The translations under genes were made by a program, and so were the position numbers. From positions 15,082 through 79,081 of IMG/VR virus record IMGVR_UViG_3300031994_000067: DNA of 64,000 nt; one strand, given 5' to 3'. Positions 59,601 to 64,000 of the stretch are shown here, piece after piece. Position 1 is the stretch's first letter. Every line of letters starts with the position of its first letter. Below the pieces are notes generated by a model. The model saw only the letters and a program-made list of their open reading frames with translations. It made no database searches and had not been told where the DNA came from. This DNA is from a virus (lineage: Duplodnaviria; Caudoviricetes).

Positions 59601-60260
59601 ATTAGTCGTGTGAATGAAATCATCGAAAAGAATAAATCCAAATTTGTCAAGGAATTGATACATAATGGTTTTCATCACAATTATTTGGATTTTACTCCTA
59701 TTGGTGGTGGTATATGCTATTATACACATAATGATTTGGCTAATATTAAAGAAATTTTCCTCGGTAACACCGAACGATTTTTTAGTTTAGCATTACGATT
59801 CGATTATGTGATATTAGGACACGGCGGTGTAGGTCGAAAAGGTTCTGTTAAGGACAAACTTTTTGATGAAAATTCAGAATACAGAGAACTTGAATATGCT
59901 CGTTCCGATATCGAATTTGACGTATCCAGTGGAAACCCTGTAAAACGAGACCCGAGTTCATTTACAGAAGATGAAATGAAAGAATTGCAACGAATACGTA
60001 CTAAGTTGAATGAAATTGAAGATCGAGCAGGTATCCGATATTGGAGTATACAACCAGTTGCTACACAAAATTTCCCATCTACAGATGATGTGAACGAACT
60101 TCTCAGGAATGTTATCGAAGAAGGAAGAATGGCAGGAAAAACTCGTATTAAGATTTTTCTACTCTGCTGCAATGGCGGTCATTTTGTTCTTGACGATAAT
60201 GTCCGTAATGCTAAAGGAGTAGCCATTGTCTGTGCGTCTAATAAGATGCTTGCTGATTAA
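56682..60260 (+). CDS. rpoB: RNAP beta N-terminal half (probably virion RNAP) fused to a ~590-aa C-terminal cargo
   Basis: KFDMPKF..GKYMYLNG.KK..NQ...P..K..P..VQ..NYNKIF corresponds to the beta F.ING.E.V..Q region. After VTTESV the sequence becomes a head-protein-like amphipathic helix plus an HG...CCNGG domain. CACA-N6-TA at 56645-56656. Confidence 0.78.
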   Translation: MITIDKLKDFKLYKERFIVPVDKEDIHKSSCVILFTRHQDSILSVLNNSFMDDKNLFKYVYRERDITLRLKTDKIVEKGTRMRNEYYEMCREKLKLSGIIATSNLGEKNFYFDTYREHELFLDNTKKLNKLTKTSEYLTILNANFFDIPMIKEYKVKTVLIQLEDWIDNISEDNPASLLHYASWKLFDKFKDLGDIDFVFITKESVFKMNPSRCTNTSHVEFLKALKTLNKTIVLPDNEDGNVTDMINSEIAMDDDDDSIDDELAEKIQKQEEQGKTSDEIAEDIINDPEEAKKIADKVLEPIIIKKDAISKRDMELREKQKSLKMNGITMSELHDKKVDYAEIPVNDVSGSVNTLNKNITRVQFVNFPETYNEHYYQKDIMSIADAMKDKSIPVFVRDMKKEDTSDSLNQKETYTFYLEDSNRGRHTLKFDMPKFIEGKYMYLNGHKKQFNNQRIAKPLIKTGPDTVQVVTNYNKIFMTRHGEKVEALYEKFKELVISDPKHFSYKRGDCSRLNTEYKTTIEYDTLAKQFAEITVKPPKGDKLHLIFSQPRLKEICCTKLGAEGLWKKVQDEGTQMVAGYYEGLKKSSLYILDLNASEITPSVTTESVGDAFPSMDYIENSNNAIMDSLNRTQYNIDIAESNIEKVIEYCRLEPSEIYFDIQTEDAVHEGILSSVWKGIKSLVKNLLKLVLKIWNGVMSIFKFIFKKISNFFSGSSSGVSSTSFVPQEVSFISLESAKVETVEVSSQKELQEIIVEHIESISREIRERSRIQIEATKEMEELVSNEKAVQERVVIGGELDLRDESGPGSGDDYLFSFPSRDMVSSKQLVTPSRFDKKSFDLISKANDMAKAYNDWIDLDIERIMRTDYKPQPSGATNPDESGNEFFVQIAVAGLLQEGWKEKEISDYIKGKFYRVPDNPEDIKRLVNIRLNYNKRICSILENMLRINYSMLGVTVETSNQIIERLREGDTEAISRVNEIIEKNKSKFVKELIHNGFHHNYLDFTPIGGGICYYTHNDLANIKEIFLGNTERFFSLALRFDYVILGHGGVGRKGSVKDKLFDENSEYRELEYARSDIEFDVSSGNPVKRDPSSFTEDEMKELQRIRTKLNEIEDRAGIRYWSIQPVATQNFPSTDDVNELLRNVIEEGRMAGKTRIKIFLLCCNGGHFVLDDNVRNAKGVAIVCASNKMLAD

Positions 60261-60268
60261 AAGCGTAA

Positions 60269-60300
60269 TATAGAGAGAACGTTTGAATGTTCTCTCTATA
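60269..60300. terminator. Bidirectional terminator hairpin
   Basis: TATAGAGAGAAC-N8-GTTCTCTCTATA between convergent genes. Confidence 0.75.
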
Positions 60301-60679
60301 TTTGACCATTTTTACCCAGATAAATCTCATACTGTTTCTCTACTAAAGCGACATATAAGTCTATCACCTTATCGACCAATTCGTATAGTATTGGTTTACT
60401 AAATGTGAGCTCCGGTAATCCATATATGCCGTATTCTTTTTCTTCGGTTATTGCAATAATGCTTTTATCGAGAAGATTGACTAACACGTGACCGTGAAAT
60501 ATTCGAGGTTCAGTCCACATCTCGAACGAAAATTCACCATTAAACCACCCGAGATTATTCCAATTATTTGGAGATTTGGTTATACGCACATCATATCCTT
60601 TATATGTGAAATGATGATATTCTTCACGAAGTTGACGTAATCCAATTGGAAGTCTGCAAGGTTCAATCATTTTAATCAC
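60296..60679 (-). CDS. Hypothetical protein
   Basis: 127-aa ORF with GGTAGGTG RBS and CACA-N6-TA at 60686-60697. Confidence 0.6.
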   Translation of the reverse strand: MIKMIEPCRLPIGLRQLREEYHHFTYKGYDVRITKSPNNWNNLGWFNGEFSFEMWTEPRIFHGHVLVNLLDKSIIAITEEKEYGIYGLPELTFSKPILYELVDKVIDLYVALVEKQYEIYLGKNGQI

Positions 60680-60794
60680 CTACCTTATAAGCTTGTGAAA
60701 AAGACGAGCAATTCGGCATCCACACTGTATACGTGCAGATACCGAATTTATAACATCACAATGAACTCATCATCTTGTAATATCGTTAGCAGAG

Positions 60795-61988
60795 TTAGAG
60801 AAGAAATGTGAATATCACGAGACCCGCAGTATAGCAACAAGTTGCGACAACTCTATTGTTGCCTTCTTTCTCATATAACAACTTGATTTTGTCGACAATT
60901 GTATCTTCTCTGAGAGATGGAAATTTCTCGAATGGGACAACGACACTCACGGTCCTATCATCTTCATAAGTTCCAGTGATGACTTGATCTTTAGTGCGCA
61001 AACGTCCATTGATGTAATCGAAAACTGACTGGAATTTAATCTTGAAATCAAAATCCATATCTTTAACTCCATATAGATGGTTGAGTTCTTGAACGTCACA
61101 CAACTTCATGAACGGAATTTGGTCAACAAAGTGTGGTGTCATGTCGGTCGTTTTGACACTCGGAATAGACGATCTACCAATTTCAGTGGCATTTATCAAT
61201 TCCTCATAGTTGACATTATCATTTTGAGAGAAAAAGATCGGAGTGCTGAATATCCACTTGATGAAGCTATCATCTTTCGATTTACCGGAGAGTATTTCGT
61301 ATTTGACCGATTCGTATCCGGTGTTAATCTCTAACCATTTAGTTAAAAGATCATGAATGCCCTTATTCTTAATAAGATGATCTGGAGCTTCGGCCAAATT
61401 TTTGATTAGGAAATCCTGTGCGTAATTAGATCCCTCTTTGTCGTCATATGATTCGGTCATTTCATTAACCAACGAAGTTCTCACAATCAACTCCAATGAA
61501 ACCGGATCGATTTTTGTCTTTATATCGACAGAACCGTTATTTTTGGAAACCTCTTCAGAGATCTTTGCGTAGAAGTAATTGAACAGTAGAGTTGAGTCAG
61601 AGGAATTCTCTTTATCACATTTCGGATTTCGCTTGATATTCAGGATATTATCAATGATGAATTCATATCTCAACGAGTCCTGAATAATCTTTCCCTTCTT
61701 CTTGGCAATATCGCAGACTGATACATTAACCTCGGAAAAGATCGTGTTATTCTTCAAGTACAGTTCGATTTCTCTTAACGCATTTTTAGACATCTGAGAG
61801 TGAAACTTTAAACCCGGATTGGTTTCTTTCGAAATCTTAGAAACTAACTGAGCACAGTGGTCATAATCCGAGTTATTTTGTTGAAGATTGATAATGAGTT
61901 GCCGTTGTTTTGTCAATGAGTAGTTTCGGATACGAGTCTCAAGTCGTTCCCGGACAAACTTGTTTGAGACTTTTGTTGTAAAAAACAA
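60795..61988 (-). CDS. Hypothetical protein
   Basis: 397-aa ORF with upstream GGAGGTG. Confidence 0.65.
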   Translation of the reverse strand: MFFTTKVSNKFVRERLETRIRNYSLTKQRQLIINLQQNNSDYDHCAQLVSKISKETNPGLKFHSQMSKNALREIELYLKNNTIFSEVNVSVCDIAKKKGKIIQDSLRYEFIIDNILNIKRNPKCDKENSSDSTLLFNYFYAKISEEVSKNNGSVDIKTKIDPVSLELIVRTSLVNEMTESYDDKEGSNYAQDFLIKNLAEAPDHLIKNKGIHDLLTKWLEINTGYESVKYEILSGKSKDDSFIKWIFSTPIFFSQNDNVNYEELINATEIGRSSIPSVKTTDMTPHFVDQIPFMKLCDVQELNHLYGVKDMDFDFKIKFQSVFDYINGRLRTKDQVITGTYEDDRTVSVVVPFEKFPSLREDTIVDKIKLLYEKEGNNRVVATCCYTAGLVIFTFLL

Positions 61989-62025
61989 ACCGCATCACCT
62001 CCTGTTTGTTTTTTCTCGACCACAG

Positions 62026-62247
62026 TTAGCGAATCGAACGATTGATAATACTATCGACGCTTCCGTATGCTTCCTCTTTGACGTACTTTGCGACTTTCTT
62101 CCAGATTTTCTCGACAGCTCCGGGACCGTACTTCAGCGAGTTACGCAGCAGTTCTTTACCGACAGCTTCGACCAACGTCGGGTCATCGGCGAGAGCGCTA
62201 CGAATGTACTTGAAGCGTTTCTTGAGTTTCTTCGTCTTACTATCCAT
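62026..62247 (-). CDS. Small early-type hypothetical protein
   Basis: GGAGGTG RBS and TATATATTAT at 62299-62308. Confidence 0.65.
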   Translation of the reverse strand: MDSKTKKLKKRFKYIRSALADDPTLVEAVGKELLRNSLKYGPGAVEKIWKKVAKYVKEEAYGSVDSIINRSIR

Positions 62248-62528
62248 ATAGATTCACCTCCTTAATGGATAACACAATTGACTCACACTCACCAAGCTAT
62301 AATATATATCTCAGTATCGTGTTTATCTTACGTTCCTCAGAAAATTAAAAAGCGGAAAAGAACCAGACTTTTTCAAGTCTGGTAACGTATTTTCAGCGTT
62401 GGGTAATCGAGCAATGAAGTACAAATTTCATTCAAACTATTGTAAACTCATGGAATTATGAAAATGTAATCGAGTATATATTATATTTTCGTAGTGCGGG
62501 CTACAATCAAAATGTTAAAGGAGGATGA

Positions 62529-63191
62529 TTGGTTGTGAAAGATGACCACTATCGCATGAATTGCTACCAGCGATTAGCAGCACTGTCATATCTGTCACAA
62601 CTCAAAAGACCGGAACTTTGTCACGATTTAAACTACGTCGTTGGATTTGATCGTGAGTCGGGTGCAACTTGCATCACCGGAGAGGCAGCGGACAGCGGCG
62701 TCGCAATTCGCGTCATTGAGAAATACAGTGATGTGATGATTGAGGTTTCGGACATTGACAGGCCGACAGCGGAATGGAAAGAATTGAAGATGTATGGTAG
62801 GATTCGTCTGAAATACGGCGATACTAACAAACTCTTCGAAATCATCAAAGAGAGCGCGTACATGCTCGATCCAGCGCAAGTTATTGCGGACACATTCGTT
62901 CAAGTCACTCACGCAATCTTCGACTATGCGTTGCATAACATCTGTTACACCGATTTTGTCGGAGAAGAGTACGGTTTTGACGACGCGGTCGTTATCAAGG
63001 TCATCGGAATGATGAATATTGAGAAGATGGTATACGGGGTCATGCGCGGTAAAATGACGATCATTGCGTTTCCGAAATATGACTACGTTACCAAAGAACA
63101 GATCATCGAGGAACTTTCGGAAAACATTTTCGTGTTTGACAGCGTTTACGCGTTCATCGACAGTATTCGCATCGCGGATTTCGAAGGTTGA
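62529..63191 (+). CDS. Early-type hypothetical protein
   Basis: AGGAGG RBS and TATATATTAT at 62475-62484. Confidence 0.7.
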   Translation: MVVKDDHYRMNCYQRLAALSYLSQLKRPELCHDLNYVVGFDRESGATCITGEAADSGVAIRVIEKYSDVMIEVSDIDRPTAEWKELKMYGRIRLKYGDTNKLFEIIKESAYMLDPAQVIADTFVQVTHAIFDYALHNICYTDFVGEEYGFDDAVVIKVIGMMNIEKMVYGVMRGKMTIIAFPKYDYVTKEQIIEELSENIFVFDSVYAFIDSIRIADFEG

Positions 63192-63275
63192 AACTACTCA
63201 TCAAAATCATTTTACAACTCGGAGATTGTTTAATCCGGGTTCTTTTTTATCTTTTTTTGCACACTTCAAAAAGAG

Positions 63276-63833
63276 GTGACGTACATGAAAACGTTTTTTA
63301 TTGACAATTTTTCTTATAAGCACGTGTTTATTTGCAATGATGAGTATAATCCTGCTGGATTTATCACCAATATCGCACACTATAAAGCCGTTACGTTTCC
63401 TGATATACTCACTGATATTTTTAACGGTAAGTATGGCAATCATTTTCCTGAAGGCGTTGTCATTAGTTATACAGCGAATCAAACACAGATTGTGAATCTT
63501 CATGTCGATTCATTTAACATTACTGATACCGTTAATGAATCGAATCTCATCTATGTGATTGGTACAGAGGATGATTTCAAATTAGTGAAGAGTTATCTCA
63601 TGCGAAATATTCGAACCGGTTTCTTAATCAAACCTTTTTACCCGACAGAAGAAGATATCGAAATAATTAAAAGCACTGCGGGTCATCCGATGTTGTTAAA
63701 AGATAAACTTGGTATAAAAGATACGAATCTGTTGCTCCAAGTTATGCGAGGACCTGCTGGTGGTTTCTGCATATGGGATTTGCTTAGTAATAGAATTTTT
63801 GCTACAGAGGATGGGGGTAAGCACAATGCTTGA
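63276..63833 (+). CDS. Hypothetical protein
   Basis: 185-aa ORF with GAGGTG RBS. Confidence 0.6.
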   Translation: MTYMKTFFIDNFSYKHVFICNDEYNPAGFITNIAHYKAVTFPDILTDIFNGKYGNHFPEGVVISYTANQTQIVNLHVDSFNITDTVNESNLIYVIGTEDDFKLVKSYLMRNIRTGFLIKPFYPTEEDIEIIKSTAGHPMLLKDKLGIKDTNLLLQVMRGPAGGFCIWDLLSNRIFATEDGGKHNA

Positions 63834-64000
63834 TATTACTAGTACATCAGGTCTTCTCGATTTCCACAAACTTCCTTCTGGTTCTAAGTATTACATCGCG
63901 AATAATACCATAGTCTTCTTTGATATGAATAAGAAGACGGTAGAAGATGTAATAGCGATGCTCGATTCTGGTGAACTTGATAACTTTCCTTTGATGAGCA
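63826..64000 (+). CDS. Hypothetical protein (partial; runs off the window edge)
   Basis: Open frame MLDITSTSGLLDFH... overlapping the previous stop codon, with GGGGG RBS. Confidence 0.5.
   Translation, partial: MLDITSTSGLLDFHKLPSGSKYYIANNTIVFFDMNKKTVEDVIAMLDSGELDNFPLMS

Noticed and set aside
1-64000. CRISPR array or tRNA genes
   Set aside because: No regularly spaced short repeats or cloverleaf patterns were seen by eye. The Cas4-like nuclease has no cas context. A tRNAscan-SE run would be the definitive check.
1-64000. Stop-codon reassignment
   Set aside because: Long ORFs close normally on TAA, TAG and TGA, and the in-frame stops within RNAP genes are explained by introns.

Overview
This window is part of a jumbo bacteriophage genome of the phiKZ/AR9(PBS1)-related type, read in the standard genetic code. 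It has split multisubunit RNA polymerase (RNAP) genes, a split family-B DNA polymerase and large virion proteins. The host is probably an anaerobic Gram-positive (Bacillota) bacterium, inferred from nrdG, strong AGGAGG-type RBSs, M23 and amidase_3-fold domains. Metabolic genes include thyX, a dTMP kinase, dCMP deaminase, nrdG, a stand-alone NrdD glycyl-radical domain, RNase H, a MYG1-like nuclease and polyphosphate kinase. Five td-like group I introns interrupt two putative virion-RNAP genes; two carry HNH endonucleases, one of them frameshifted, and two appear to have non-canonical splice sites. The most striking feature is the putative virion RNAP beta subunit. It is split into two divergently transcribed genes, each fused to non-RNAP cargo. 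The C-terminal half (about 2730 aa after predicted splicing) carries a MazF/PemK-like domain, four papain/transglutaminase-like domains, a Nudix domain and two M23 peptidases, separated by recurring Glu-Ser/Ala/Gly linkers that resemble prohead-protease sites. This suggests an RNAP-anchored, protease-released effector payload. Other unexplained elements are a ~1 kb ORF-free structured region (candidate large ncRNA), paired G-quadruplex motifs between the two beta halves, and a 90-bp duplicated promoter/leader cassette. All family assignments come from motif recognition by eye; no database searches were run.
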